The notes: generated by a model not told the origin, from the sequence alone. 64,000 bases of DNA from Convolutriloba macropyga (GCF_964194025.1 NC_134471.1:27900001-27964000); one strand, 5' to 3'; positions 13,742 to 27,600 are shown, counted from the stretch's first letter. A program made the numbers and translations.

Positions 13742-15230
13742 ATGCTGAACAGTTGCTTGGCTCAATCCATAATAAAAAGGGGTGGATCTACGTTTCAGGT
13801 TAGTTTTAGTGGTGCCCCTTGTAACTTTATTTGCTTCTAAGGCAAGATGTGATGATATGCTTAGACATTATTGATTCTACCGGTCAAGCGCTAATGCGTT
13901 GCATTTTGATCCTTTGTTTCCACCAGCAGTAAAACTTTCCTTCGACAAAATTGTTCAACGCTGTTTTATTGATTCGTGAATATAGGGACCCAAGTAATTC
14001 TGAAATTTTTATCAGCTAAGATCTGATGAGATGCTTACTAAGAAATTTTATCATGGAAGATCTGAAAACATCTAACACGTTAAAAAATTTTGAGTATCAG
14101 TTATATGTGTATAATTTAATAAGACGTAAGATCCTCAAGAATATCTCCAATAAGTTAAGCAAGAGTATCGATTATCGAATTTGGTTGTTTAATTAATCGA
14201 TAATGCAGAGGTGCTCCAATGTACTATTGCAAAGACTGCCTATTTTTTGCACCATTCTTTTTCGGTTGGAAATGTGGTAATTTGAAGTTTTTGCCTCTTT
14301 TAAAGGTATCCCAATTATGTAGAAAGTGCTTGAAGAGACCTGAAAGTAACATAACAGTCAGGAGACTCCTATCAAGCAAGCAAGCTAGTCCAGTTGTGAA
14401 GCTTGGAGACGAAGTTTACTACGGAACATTTGAGAAGACACTGAAATATGTAAAGTTGTTTTCACTCATCAACTCAGCTGTGGTGTTAAGTGCCGTGCCG
14501 TTTCTCATGACACAGAATTGGGAGAAGTTGAGAAAGTATAGAGCTACTAGTGCATTTGCAATCACATCAGCTGTGGCCGTCGGTATGTTCAACATCTAAA
14601 TCCTTCCAATGCGCATTCTAAATTTCCAGTTTTGCTCCGGTTATTGCTTTCATTCAGATGTCATTGTAATAAACTTGGTATTTTCAATTCAAAAGGCCTT
14701 TGAAGAGCAAAATCCATCAAGGACTGATAGAAGAATAATTGAGCCTGTTAATATTGTGTATGTAAAGATGGATTTGAAAAGCGGAGATTATTTAGTGAAA
14801 ACGAACGGAAAAAGCATTATTAAAATAATTTGAGTAGAGGTACTAAAAGCACCTGGACCATATGATAACCATTTTTCTGTCGGTAGTCTTAATAAACAAC
14901 ATTAAGATGATCATCGGAAAAAAGAAATGCCAGTTATATATTTCTTTAATACTGGCCCTGCATTTTCTAGGCGTAGTCCTGCCGGTCTTCCTTCACACAA
15001 TGTCAAAGAAGTACGTCACGCACATGTTTTACAACTGGGACACAAAACATTTCACTCTTAGGTACTACTCTCTATTCCTGCGGAAGAAACACCTCACATT
15101 CGCACCTGAAGATGTATCGATGCCTCTCAAGACTGGATTTGCCACCCATCTTGTGAAGGAGAGACCCTTTTTCATTGCTAAGCAGTATTTTTACAATGAA
15201 AATTTGTACGGGAAATTTCTTGGATTCTAG
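13742..15230 (+). CDS. TMEM70: TMEM70-like mitochondrial ATP synthase assembly factor, ~197 aa (exons 13742-13798, 14306-14582, 14971-15230)
   Basis: VYYGTFEKTLKYVKLFS...PFLM and PVFLHTMSKKYVTHMFYN...TFAPEDVSMP...Y..FLGF match the TMEM70 family pattern. GT-AG introns have compatible phases (0 and 1). Exon 1 (MLNSCLAQSIIKRGGSTFQ) looks like a mitochondrial presequence and is the least certain exon. Confidence 0.85.
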
Positions 15231-17043
15231 CGAATCAATGTTAATCAATTTAATGAAATCAGGTAGACAGCGTTTTATGATTGAGTTATATATGATTGAC
15301 TGACCCGGGTAATACTTCATGACGAGGATTTTTCGAGGGATAAGTTAAGTTACAACGTATGCTTAATTGCTTTCAAATTTCACTAGCTGGTCTTGTCTCA
15401 AAGCAAATCTTCGCACCTCCTTTAGTCAGTTTTTTTATTCTCCAAAATAAAGTTTTCAGCATAAACTATAAAATATTTTTGGTAGCCGCAAAGCGATAGC
15501 TGGGGCTATTATTTACCGTCTCTTGGTTTTGATTTTCCCCTCCCAAATGAAGTTTTCAGCATTAACTATAAAATATCTGTTTGGTAGCCGCAAACCAATA
15601 TCTGGGGCTGTTATTTACCGTCTCTTGGTTACGATTACTTTGAATCTGCTTTTTGTTCATTCATCCATGCAATTTCGAATTGCGTGCGTGACGTCATTTT
15701 TCACTCTGTGTAGCGAGTTTTTTTTGTTCGTTCGATTGATCAATTGCTCTCAAACAACGTTTTAATTGCTCTCGAACGAAATTCGTAGCAATTATTGCAA
15801 AGATGTTGGTCTTTTTTATGCAAATTTTTTGCTTGACCGGTTTTGCGCTTTTCTTCTAGAACATTCTTTGACTCCGCAGGTGACTTTTTCACGCTTTCGT
15901 TCTTCATTTTTGAGTGATATCTATTGCTCTCACACCAAAGTAAAGCTTGTTGCTTAAATAAAATCGATTGCAACATAGCAACAAGAAGGGCCTGTTAGCC
16001 GAAGTGAGCGGGAGCTCCATGGTTTGCATCCCGGGGTGGTTAACTATTTTTGCTGACATTTGAGAAATTTATCTAGGCAACAGTCCCTGAATTAAATTGC
16101 CTCGCCTGTCGTTCTATTAGTCGGTTTATATTTTAGAAATTATATTAGTCCTGTGGTCTTTTCAATGCAATTTTTTGCTTGACGAATTTTTTGTCTGACC
16201 CTTTTGACTTTTGGTCTTCAAAAACGGAATAAAAAGATCAGGTGAATAAAAAGACCAGTGGCAATCAGGTTTCTTGGTTCCCACTATTTAAGTATGCGAT
16301 TCACCAACTATTAACCGAAAATAAAATTTAGGTGATCTACTTTTCTTTCCTCATCTTTAATGTAGAAGTACAAGTTTCCTCAACACTGAAAGAAGAGTGA
16401 TCAATTTGTAATTGGTTTTCAATGTGAAATATGAAATTTTTTAGCAAAAGAATTTTAAAATGATTCAAACGTAACTCAACCACTATTGTTAAATTCAAAA
16501 AAACTATAATTTTATTGTGCATTCAATTTCTAAGCTTTTTAAGATAGAACTTTTAAATTTTGGCGGTTGGTAACTATTCTACGATTTTGCGAATATTCAA
16601 ATCAACTAATATTGATTAATTAATTTAGAACAAAACCAATTTTTTGTCTGTCAAATTGAATTTTTGTCCTCAAAAACGGCATAAGCAAGTAACGCCCTGA
16701 GGTCACTAAGTTCTCTTAGAGCCTTACGCCTTGCAACTCTCTAAGAATGCGAATCACCAAAAGTGTTTCGAGACAAATTTATGGTAATCTTATTCTTAGA
16801 TGTTTGAATCCCCAGTGACCCCACCCTCAATCACCCCCCTTTGAAACACCCCCAGTCCACCCTCCTCCACCTGGCCGTTTGGACCACCTCTCGTCCTTTC
16901 GTCCATCCCTCCCAACTCATCCCCCGTATCTTTACCGCCCCACCCCTCAATACTACCATATACAAGCCCCAGCAGGTTACTGCCGAAGACAACTGCAATT
17001 CGCCTGTCGTTTGAGAGCAATTTGCTCGACGTTAGTCGGTTGG

Positions 17044-17887
17044 TGTTACGCACTGATTTTTACGTGTTCCTCATGGTGTTTTCTGAGGTTAATATTGGAG
17101 GTAATTAACTTTTATAATCAGCATTTTACAAGGACTTATTTAGATGTTTCACAGTGCGATTCTTAGCAGATATATTTTGAATAAATTTAGCTAGTGATAG
17201 CCTTTTATTGAGCGGTTCGGATGTGCGATATATCCACTAGTTTGCCTTGTGTTCCAGAGTTTTAATCGTTTGCAATTATGCTCTTAGGAAGCCTGATCTA
17301 ACTTAGTAATTTTTAAAGATTTATCCAGTTCAATCTTTAATTATTTCAGCAAAAACTAATAACGAGAAGTTTTCTAGTTCTATCAAAGTTTTCCAAGATA
17401 TTAATCAACTGATTATCAGGCTGGTTCTCCGGTGTTCTGCTGATCGTAAGTTCCGCAGGACTGTGCCTCGAGTACTATTGGTCCTTCGCAAATATTTACT
17501 GATCTATAAGTTGGGCAATTTCCGGCTTTTGTACGTCTCTTGATGTTTGTTAAGTACATATACAAGTTCCGTATTAGCACCTACTTTATCAGAATAATTA
17601 CTTCACCAAGTACATAATCTCATGAAGTTATTTACTAATTATGCGAATTTATCTTCAAGAAACTCAAAAAAGTAAATATTGAGTCTTTTAGGCACTTGAT
17701 AAATTTATCAATAAACTGTCAATCTGCGGTTGTTTTTCATAAACATAAACAAATTAGGGGTTACAGGCCTAGATGGAAATACTAGCTGTATATGGCCTTG
17801 AAACTAAATGAATATTATAGCAATTATTTATGGATATTTTAAGGAATATCATCACGTAACTATGAGGGACGAAATAGGGGCGTGACA
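17044..17887 (-). repeat. 3' LTR (844 bp)
   Basis: TGTTACGC...GCGTGACA. By eye about 23 substitutions and 2 indels versus 39420-40272 (~97% identity). Confidence 0.95.
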
Positions 17888-17900
17888 CTCCCGGACTTTA
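17888..17900 (-). other. Putative (imperfect) polypurine tract
   Basis: Minus-strand AAAGTCCGGGAG directly abuts the 3' LTR; purine-rich but interrupted. Confidence 0.45.
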
Positions 17901-18451
17901 TGAAAATTTTCCATGAAAATTTTGAGAAGGAACTGGGGTTTTACAAATTTTCTATAAAACATATAATCTGCACGAGTATGAGGATATACATATGTTTTTG
18001 TTGGAGCCACCCAATTTATGTTTTCTTAGAAAAGAGTTTTTGAACGAAAGCATTTAAGTGAAAAACAATTAAGGAAGTTAAGAGAAATGAAGTTGAGATA
18101 AGGTTATAATGAAGAGGATTAAGACAAGATTAAAAGCTTTGAAGGAACATTAAGGATGTTGAAGATGCGCTATTTCAGAAGGAAAGCATGAGACATAAGT
18201 TAAAGTTAAGGTTAAGAGAAGACATTGAATTAGCACTGAAAATAATCACGCTTATTTCGTTAAATAATGGCTCTAATCTTTGAGAAGGAGTAGAAGAAGG
18301 ATACTGGTTGAATGAATGCTTTAAAGCACTGGTTAATTTCTGGGATTGAAGCACTGGTTTGATGATTTAAATCACTTAGAACCAAAACTTAATGGATGAA
18401 GGGATACTTAATCAGTTAAGGGATTAATACTTGTTGAACTATATAAGACTT

Positions 18452-20545
18452 TCAAGAGCTGAAAGTATACTTTCCTCTCGGGGTTGAGCTTGGTTTTCTA
18501 GTTCATCGTCTTTGTTGAATCGGCCCATGGTGTTGAGTGACATGGTAGAAGTTGCAGGCATGGAATTTCGTCGTTGTCGTTTTAGGGTTCCAAGTTCTTC
18601 TGGAGAGATGACTGTTGGCGGTTGCTTGAGGTGTTTGGCTAGATTTGTAACGACATCTGCTTTCAGATGTTTTGGTACTGAAACTACTGGATTAAGCGGT
18701 ACATTGTTCCGTTTCCGTTAAGCTTCATGAAATTTGGCACCATTTGTCGTACAAAGGCTACTTTATGGTATAAATACATGAAGAGGATATGTAAGGCTAA
18801 GTTTCCAATAAAGACAATGATTGTCAGCGAGAGAGAAAGCTTGATTGGCACGTAAGATTCAAGTTTGTCAATTAGTGCTGGCTTGAATGATTTCATTTCA
18901 GTGGTAATGGGCTTTGCTATGTCGTCTAATGATTCTGTTGATAACTTTCGATTGGAATAAATGAATTCTGTTTTGACTTTTTTCAGTAAATCAAGGCTGG
19001 CATCAGTGCTTGTTTCGTATTTTGGTAGCTCGTTTATGTTTGGAACTAAGTCAATTAATTGTTCTAGTGGATCAGGCAATTTAACATTGATTCTCTTTGC
19101 TGGAAGGTACTGACAACTTTGTAAATCAGCTCTGATATTAATGTGATCACTGAACATTGTGTGTCCACATTTTAATGTCATTAAACAGATGTTACAACCT
19201 TTATGGGGAATGTTGGTCTGTCGGCCATTCTCGTCCGTACCAATCTCACTAAGAGTAAAATCACTTGAAGCTGATGTAAGTAGCCATATTTCGTATCCAA
19301 GGTTCTGTGCTCGTTCGTGGTTGGGTAACACAACCTTCTCTGTGTCACATACTTTCAATGCTGTAATGGCATGATGAAACTTGAGGGTTGCTAGGTACGA
19401 GGAGAATCCAAGGTGAGTTTCCACTGTCTCATCACAGATTCGGTATCGTGGCGATCCTAGACAGTTATCATACTGAGCTCTCGTCAGTACTGTAGTTTCC
19501 ATCTGTCCTTCTGAGATTGGCTGTCCTTCTGAGTTCTCTCCCTCTATCACCCATCGTAAAGCGTCTACAGAGTCCTTCTGGGGCATAGGGATTACAATTG
19601 CACGATAAATTTCAAACACTGTCTGGCTAGAGGCTATGGGAATGGCTAGTGTCAGTAAAAGACCGTCTTCTACTGTTGAAATCTCTTGTACGAGTTTCGC
19701 ATCGTAATACGAAAGTATGTCAGTCATGGGAATTGCCAAAGTTAGACGATCTGGTGCGTTCTTTTGGCTATCATGGACTGCGTCAAGGATCTTTATCAAC
19801 GATTTTCGGGGTACTAAAGAGATTGGAAGGCGTTTGTCAAGTAAAGTAGGAATTGCATTTATAACATTAATTCGGAAAGAATGTAAGGCTGCTCAATAAC
19901 TTCTAATATCTGCATAAAGTGTAAGAAGTAAGGATGCTGCTGTGTCAAATTTAAAGTTCAGTTGTTGTTGTGTTGCTTGAATTTCCATGCAAGTTGCTAT
20001 TGCGTTCAGATTATGGTCTACAATTGCGAATTGTTCCTCAACTAGTTTCCAGTTTCTGTGCTGGTTTTCTTGCATTTCTTTTTGAACTTTATAAACCTTT
20101 GGAAGTTCGTCAGCAACTAGAAAGAATTTCTCATCGGTTTGTGCGCCGATTTCCATGACATAGTCGTTAAGGCTATTAAAACTGTTAGCTAGTCTATCGA
20201 TATTTTCAGCATTTTGAGACGTTCGTTGGCATGAGCCGAAAATTCCTGTGGTTCCACCGCATCCTCCGCTGCTCATTGCTATTCCTGGACCGAAGAGTCC
20301 AATTCCAGCGACTGCGGCTGCCCTAGCAAGCGGGGCGGCTCTTTTCTGTCTGTTTTGGGGGTCCTCTTCGACTCTGGTGAGGAGTTTTTCGGTCTCATTG
20401 CGTAGTTTAAAGACTTCAAGTTCGGCTTCGATACGTGGTACTGTAAGTCATGTTGCAAAATTCTGACTGTGTTATCCATTTCTTTGAGAGTTCAAGAAGT
20501 AGAGTCTCTACTTGTTGTCGTATCGTGAAACTGTAACGAGGAATG
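18452..20545 (-). pseudogene. env: env: class I fusion glycoprotein (F-like/errantivirus-like), with stops and frameshifts, N-terminus deleted
   Basis: Furin site RQKR at 20351-20340 is followed by the fusion-peptide-like AAPLARAAAVAGIGLFGPG, a heptad-like helix, a Cys-rich ectodomain and the TM segment LSLTIIVFIGNLALHILFMYLY. The cytoplasmic tail continues after a frameshift to TGA at 18452. No signal peptide is visible upstream of PRYSFT (~20543). Confidence 0.88.
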
Positions 20546-20715
20546 TTTATGTGGTGTTTATTTGTTTCAGGTGTACTCTGCTTTTATATCATGTGTGTTT
20601 GTGTGTGTGTTTATTGATATTACTACTAAATATGGTTTTTGAACATGTTGAAGAGTAGTTCTTCGATTGAATGGTGGGAGTGTGATTATGGGGATAGTGG
20701 TTGGGGGGTCTAATT

Positions 20716-21114
20716 ATGCAGTCTTTATGCAGTGTTTTTTCGCGTTTTTCAGATTATTCTGATATCAATATGTGCTTTAATATTACTGTCGGCCGGAATA
20801 ATATCACTCTGGGATGCTGCAACAACGGGACCAGGTATGTGTCAAGGAACTGGGTTCACTGGTCACGTTTAGTTCACCCAGAGTGCAATATTACTAATAG
20901 TACAGTAATAGTTAATAGTATAGAAGATGGAGGAGATGGTTGGGACGGGGACTCAATATTGTTATTATTATTCATATTATTATTCATATTATTCGGGATT
21001 GTTGGGATGTGGAGAAGAATGAGGGGAAGATGTGTGGGAAGAAGGAGGGGGAGGGAAGAGATTGAAGATCAGGAAGATGAGGGAGGAGTTGAAATGGAGG
21101 AGACGGCAGTATAA
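20716..21114 (+). CDS. Antisense accessory ORF of the LTR element: small single-pass membrane glycoprotein (copy 1)
   Basis: Five N-x-S/T sequons and four Cys in ~60 aa, then the hydrophobic ILLLLFILLFILFGIVGMW, an Arg cluster, an acidic tail and C-terminal ETAV. The start codon is uncertain. Confidence 0.6.
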   Translation: MQSLCSVFSRFSDYSDINMCFNITVGRNNITLGCCNNGTRYVSRNWVHWSRLVHPECNITNSTVIVNSIEDGGDGWDGDSILLLLFILLFILFGIVGMWRRMRGRCVGRRRGREEIEDQEDEGGVEMEETAV

Positions 21115-24100
21115 CTATTTATTTATTTTTATTTATATAACTTATTAACTGACTTGTAGTTGTAGTATGGATTAGTTCTCCTTAATATACTGACTACTAT
21201 ACTTGGTGCTATTAATATTTAATAAGGTGCTACTAATATCATAGTAATTAGTATATATCAAACTTGTTTTGTGGGGAAGATTGAAGACGTAAGTAGGGGA
21301 TAAAAGACAATTAGTGAAACTTTGAGAATAAGTAAATGTCAATGATAGTAGTGACGATGATAGTAGTGTCAATGATAGTAGTGCTTTTCTGCGTTGTCTG
21401 GTGCGTGTGTTAACAGATAGTGCCTAACTTCTCAAGGTGAGAAGGGTGAGCCAATGGAAATTAACTAGTTTCAGTTCAATTGTTTTGATTATCATGTAAT
21501 GTACTTTCAGTTATGGGCAAGTTTTTCGGAGATATCTTCGGATTGCAACAATTATGTTTGGTTTTTACTGGTGGAACTATTAACTGTGAAGCATGTGAGC
21601 ATGTATTAATGTTTTTGTGGCAGTGTGTAGCTATATAATGACATATTTGTGAGAGTGCAAGAATGGTGCTATAGTGACTTTTTTCATTTTTGAGCATCAA
21701 CTTAACTTCACTTGTGAAATACTGGTTATAAACTGGTTCTAATGGTTCTAGGTACTTGTCCTGGTTGTTAGCAGCACTTGGTAGACATCGGTGGGGAACA
21801 ACTATGCTATAAATTCAGGTTTTAGGGAACTTTTTTGGGCAACTTTTTATTCATGTTTGAGAAAACGAAAAATGCGAAAATTTGGGGGCCCCAGCGTCAC
21901 TCAATTTTTAAATTGCTCCAATCGGGCTCAAAATTCGCAGATCGCATCAGTGGCTCAGAAAACGCTGCAGCGCAAAAATTTGGCGCAATTTGAGCATTTT
22001 TCGCAAAGTTATGACTATTTTCGTAATCTGAACCTGGCTATTTTTGAATTATGAAATTTCGGGCTGAGTAAGTCGTCACTGTTCATACATTATAGGTATT
22101 GAATGGTTAAAATGGTACTGTCTATGCTTGGTACTAATGAATATTACTGAATTATAGGTTTTGAAGCTATTTATCGGGTCAGAACATTGATTTTTGAGTC
22201 CAAAATGCTAATTTTCAGGCGTGATTTTTCCACTATTCAAGGTTCTGCAAGACATGTGTCTGTCTGGTGATGCTCTAGTGACCTAAATCGGGTGCTAACT
22301 GTTAGTACTGATATCTGTGGCTATCAGGGGTAGCTTTTTGGTAGCTCTGGAAGTGATTAACTTGTGTTTTGTTCCAGTTTTTTTGTAGAATTTGATAGAT
22401 TTTTACTTGAGGTGGGTCATGTTTGTTGCATAAGTTGACATAGGTTGGAGATGATTGATTTTTGACGGTAACTGAGGGTCATACTAGTGAGTAATAATTT
22501 GGTGGCAGCTATTGGTGCAGTTTGATGCATGATTTGAGGTCATTGTGTTGAGTTTTTCATATTAGAATTTTGGACTAAATTTGGTCAAAGATGTGCAGAT
22601 TTCGATTTGTTCACTCTTTTCAACATTTTTGCATTTCTGTGGGATTGTATCAATTTATTAGGCTTGGAAAACTACTAGAGAGGTTGAGTAATGGATATGG
22701 GCTCATATGTCGTTTATTTTGTACTATTTTTCTGGTCTAATTCTGGTTCTGTTTTGACGAATTTGAGAAGAGTCTGGTAGGCTTCAGTATTTTGCTATTA
22801 TTTCACTATTTTACAAAATTTTACACTATTTTTAATATGAGCGTGTAGAGCTTGAGCATACGGATGTTTTAAGCTAATAATATCGGCTTTTAGATCAATA
22901 TTTTGGATTTTATTAACATGTACGTAAATTTTCAAAAAGTCTCCAAAATTGAGGACCCCAGCGTCAACCAATTTTGAAAATGCTTTGATTAAGCTCATAA
23001 TTGGTGAATCGCTTTATCGGCTCAAAAAACCCTGCAGCGCAAAAATTGAGGCGGTTTAAACTATTTTTTCACGAGTTATAACGTTTTTGCTGCAGTGAAC
23101 CTGGGTTTTTTGAAAAAGCTCAGATAGGGGATAGGTTATTGGCTATGAGGCTATGAAGAACTTGTTCAAAATGATTGATATTGCTATGGTTGTACTGCTC
23201 ATGAGTAGGGCTAAATTAACAATAATATTGGGCATATTTGAGTATTAAGATGCATTTTTGGTCACTTTTTTTGGAAATCACACTCAATTTTTTAATTTTC
23301 GTTACTTTGGCAGTCTTTTCTCAACTTGTATTGGCACTAGGGGGCTGGGAGTGCATATTCTAAGAGATATAGGTGTGGGTGTGCTTAATTGCTGTCAGAA
23401 GTTAATAGTTTTGACTTTAGTGGGAAATAACTATTTTTTCTGACAAAGTTGTGGCAATTTCAGAGCTTATTCGGGTTTAAGTCTTCATGGTTGATACTGG
23501 GATAAGCTGGCACTGGTTTTTATGGTACTACAAGGCTAGTGGGGGGTTGCACTAGGGTTGTAGGGGGTATAGGTGAATTTAATCGGGTCAGGTGGGGAAT
23601 ACAATGATAAAATTTTTTAAGCGGTGGATTGAAGCAGAAGCGCAATTTTTGTTTTTTTTTTCGCCATTTTTCAACATATACTTGGCAATATTGGGTTTTT
23701 ATGGCTGTTTGAGGTTTTTCCATGCGGGTGGCAGCTGGGAGTAGCTGCTGGAGGCATTTGAAACAGTTTTTGACATATTTTTGGGGTATAATTTACACTA
23801 CTTTTTAATCAATTTTAACACACTTTGGTAGGGTTCGGCATTTTTGTCATAACTCAACTTTTATTGATTTTTGACGGGATTTTTGGGTACTGGGACGTCA
23901 AGCGTGAGCAGTAGGATGGTCTAGGGCTCTAAAATAGGTCAATTGGGGGTTTTTTGTAGGAGTTATAATTGAATTCGTGCGGATTCGAAAAGTGCCAAAA
24001 ATCGGGGGCTCCAGCGTCACTCGATTTTTTAAGTTCTTCAAATCGCTTCAAAATTTGCATATCGGTTCCTCGGCTTGAAAAATGCTGCAGCGCAAAAGTT

Positions 24101-24236
24101 TGGAATGATCGGGGCATTTTTCACAATTTTATGACTGTTTTTCTGAGTGTTTAAACATGTTGAAGTGTAGTTCTTCGATTGAATGGTGGGTGTGTGATGA
24201 TGGGGATAGTGGTTGGGGGGGGGGGGGGGTCTAATT

Positions 24237-24671
24237 ATGCATTCTTTACATGCTTTTTCGCGTTTTTCAGATTATTCTGCTATCAATATGTGCTTTAACA
24301 TTACTGTCGGCCCGAATAATATCACTCTGGGATGCTGCAACAACGGGACCAGGTATGTGTCAAGGAACTGGGTTCACTGGTCAAGTTTAGTTCACCCAGA
24401 GTGCAATAATACTAATAGTACAGTAATAGTTAATAGTATAGAAGATGGAGGAGATGGTTGGGACGGGGACTCAATATTATTATTATTATTCATATTATTA
24501 TTCATATTATTCGTGGAGAGATTGTTGGGATGTGGAGAGATTATTCGTGGAGAGATTGTTGGGATTTGGAGAAGAAGGAGGGGAAGATGTGTGAGAAGAA
24601 GGAGGGGGAGGGAAGAGATTGAAGATCAGGAAGATGAGGGAGGAGTTGAAATGGAGGAGACGGCAGTATAA
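24237..24671 (+). CDS. Antisense membrane glycoprotein ORF (copy 2, with an in-frame repeat insertion at the TM end)
   Basis: Duplicate of 20716-21114. The frame is kept despite indels. Confidence 0.5.
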   Translation: MHSLHAFSRFSDYSAINMCFNITVGPNNITLGCCNNGTRYVSRNWVHWSSLVHPECNNTNSTVIVNSIEDGGDGWDGDSILLLLFILLFILFVERLLGCGEIIRGEIVGIWRRRRGRCVRRRRGREEIEDQEDEGGVEMEETAV

Positions 24672-27600
24672 CTATTTATTTATTTTTATTTATATAACTT
24701 ATTAACTGACTTGTAGTTGTAGTATGGATTAGTTCTCCTTAATATACTGACTACTATACTTGGTGCTATTAATATTTAATAAGGTGCTACTAATATCATA
24801 GTAATTAGTATATATCAAACTTGTTTTGTGGGGAAGATTGAGGACGTAAGTAGGGGATAAAAGACAATTAGTGAGACTTTGAGAATAAGTAAATGTCAAT
24901 GATTGTAGTGACGATGATAGTAGTGTCAATGATAGTAGTGCTTTTCTGCGTTGTCTGGTGCGTGTGTTAACAGATAGTGCCTAACTTTTCAAGGTGAGAA
25001 GGGTGCGCCAATGGAAATTAACTAGTTTCAGTTCAATTGTTTTGATTATCATGTAATGTACTCTCAGTTATGGGCAAGTTTTTCAGAGATATCTTCGGAT
25101 TGCAACAACTATGTTTGGTTTTTACTGGTGGAACTAGTAACTGTGAAGCATGTGAGCATGTGGTAGTTTTTTGTTGCATTGTGTAGCTTTATAATGACAT
25201 ATTTGTGAGAGTGCAAGAATGCTGATATAGTGACTTTTTTTCATTTTTGAGCATTAACTTAACTTTACTTGCGAAATACTGGTTATAAACTGTTTCCAAT
25301 GGTTCTAGGTACTTGTCCTGCTTGTTAGCAGCGCTTGTGTGTAATTTGAACTGGTTTGGAAGAGTATTTGGTACTAATTTCCACATGTAATTTTTTCGTA
25401 ATTTAGGTCATTTTTCCACATCAGGACTGGTGTTGCATATGTGAATTTTTCAAATTTTATTGAACTTTGGGCAAATTGTTTGGTTTGGCCCACTTGGTAG
25501 ACATCGGTGGGGAACAACTATGCTATAAATTCAGGTTTTAGGGAACTTTTTTGGGCAACTTTCTATTCATGTTTGAGAAAACGAAAAATGCAAAAATTTG
25601 GGGGCCCCAGCGTCACTCAATTTTTAAATTGCTTCAATCGGGCTCAAAACTGGCAGATCGCATCAGTGGCTCAGAAAACGCTGCAGCGCAAAAATTTGGC
25701 GCAATTTGAGCATTTTTCGCAAAGTTATGACTATTTTTGTAATCTGAACCTGGCTATTTTTGAATTATGAAATTTCGGGCTGAGTAAGTCGTCACTGTTC
25801 ATACATTATCGGTATTGAATGGTTAAAATGGTACTGTCTATGCTTGGTACTAATAAATATTACTGAATTATAGGTTTTGAAGCTATTTATCGGGTCAGAA
25901 CATTGATTTTTTAGTCCAAAATGCAAATTTTCAGGCGTGATTTTTCCACTATTCAAGGTTCTGCAAGACATGTCTGTCTGGTGATGCTCTGGTGACCTAA
26001 ATTGGGTGCTACTGTTAGTACTGATATCTGTGGCTATCAGGGGTAGCATTTTGGTTGCTTTGGAAGTGATTAACATGTGTTTTGTTCCAGTTTTTTTGTA
26101 GAATTTGCTAGATTTTTACTTGAGGGGCGTCATGTTTGTTGCATAAGTTGACATAGGTTGGAGATGATTGATTTTTGACGGTAACTGAGGGTCATACTAG
26201 TGAGTAATATTTTGGTGGCAGCTATTGGTGCAGTTTGATGCATGATTTGAGGTCATTGTGTTGAGTTTTTCATATTAGAATTTTGGACTAAATTTGGTCA
26301 AAGATGTGCAGATTTCGATTTGTTCACTTTTTTCAACATTTATGCATTTCTTTGAGATTTTATCAATTTATTAGGCTTGGAAAACTACTAGAGAGACTGA
26401 GTAATGGATATGGGCTAATAAGTCGGTTACGAATTTGAGAAGAGTCTGGTAGGCTTCAGTATTTCGCTATTATTTCAACATTTTACTTAACAATTTTCAA
26501 TCTTTTTAATATGAGCGTGTAGAGCTTGAGCATACGGATGTTTTAAGCTAATAATTTTGGGTTTTAGGTCAATATTTTGGATTTTATGAACATGTACGTA
26601 AATTTTCAAAAAGTCTCCAAAATTGAGGACCCCAGCGTCAACCAATTTTGAAAATGCTTTGATTGAGCTCATAATTGGTGAATCGCTTTATCGGCTCAAA
26701 AAACCCTGCAGCGCAAAAATTGGGGCGGTTTAAACTATTTTTTCACGAGTTATAACGTTTTTGCTGCAGTGAACCTGGGTTTTTTGAAAAAGCTCAGATA
26801 GGGGATAGGTTATTGGCTATGAGGCTATGAAGAACTTGTTCAAAATGATTGATATTGCTATGGTTGTACTGCTCATGAGTAGGGCTAAATTAACAATAAT
26901 ATTGGGCATATTTGAGTATTAAGATGCTTTTTTGGTCACTTTTTTTTGGAAATCACACTCAATTTTTTAATTTTCGTTACTTTGGCAGTCTTTTCTCCAC
27001 TTGTATTGGCACTAGGGGGCTGGGAGTGCATATTCTAAGAGATATAGGTGTGGGTGTGCTTAATTGCTGTCAGAAGTTAATAGTTTTGACTTTAGTGGGA
27101 AATAACTATTTTTTCTGACAAAGTTGTGGCAATTTCAGAGCTTATTCGGGTTTAGGTCTTCATGGTTGATACTGGGATAAGCTGGCACTGGTTTTTATGG
27201 TACTACAAGGCTAGTGGGGGGTTGCACTAGGGTTGTAGGGGGTATAGGTGAATTTAATCGGGTCAGGTGGGGAATAAAATGATAAAAATTTTTAAGACGT
27301 TGATTGAAGCAGAAGCGCAATTTTTGTTTTTTCGTCATTTTTCGACATATACTTGGCAATTTTGGGTTTTTATGGTTATTTGAGGTTGTACCATGCGGGT
27401 GGCAGCTGGGAGTAGCTGCTGGAAGCATTTGGAACAGATTTTGACATATTTTTGGGGTATAATTTACACTACATTTTAATCAATTTTAACACACTTTGGT
27501 AGGGTTCGGCATTTTTGTCATAACTCAACTTCTATTGATTTTTGACGGGATTTTTGGGTACTGGGACGTCAAGCGTGAGCAGTAGGATCGTTTAGGGCTA

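Noticed and set aside
14219-14305. ATG 14219 as the TMEM70 start (also the N-termini of ORFs 14862 and 44080)
   Set aside because: These N-termini are intron read-through. Pyrimidine-rich AG acceptors at 14305, 14970 and 44172 join upstream exons in phase.
20532-20545. TGTAACG as the start of a nested LTR element interrupting env
   Set aside because: On the minus strand it reads in frame as env (PRYSFTIRQQVE). No second LTR or TSD was found.
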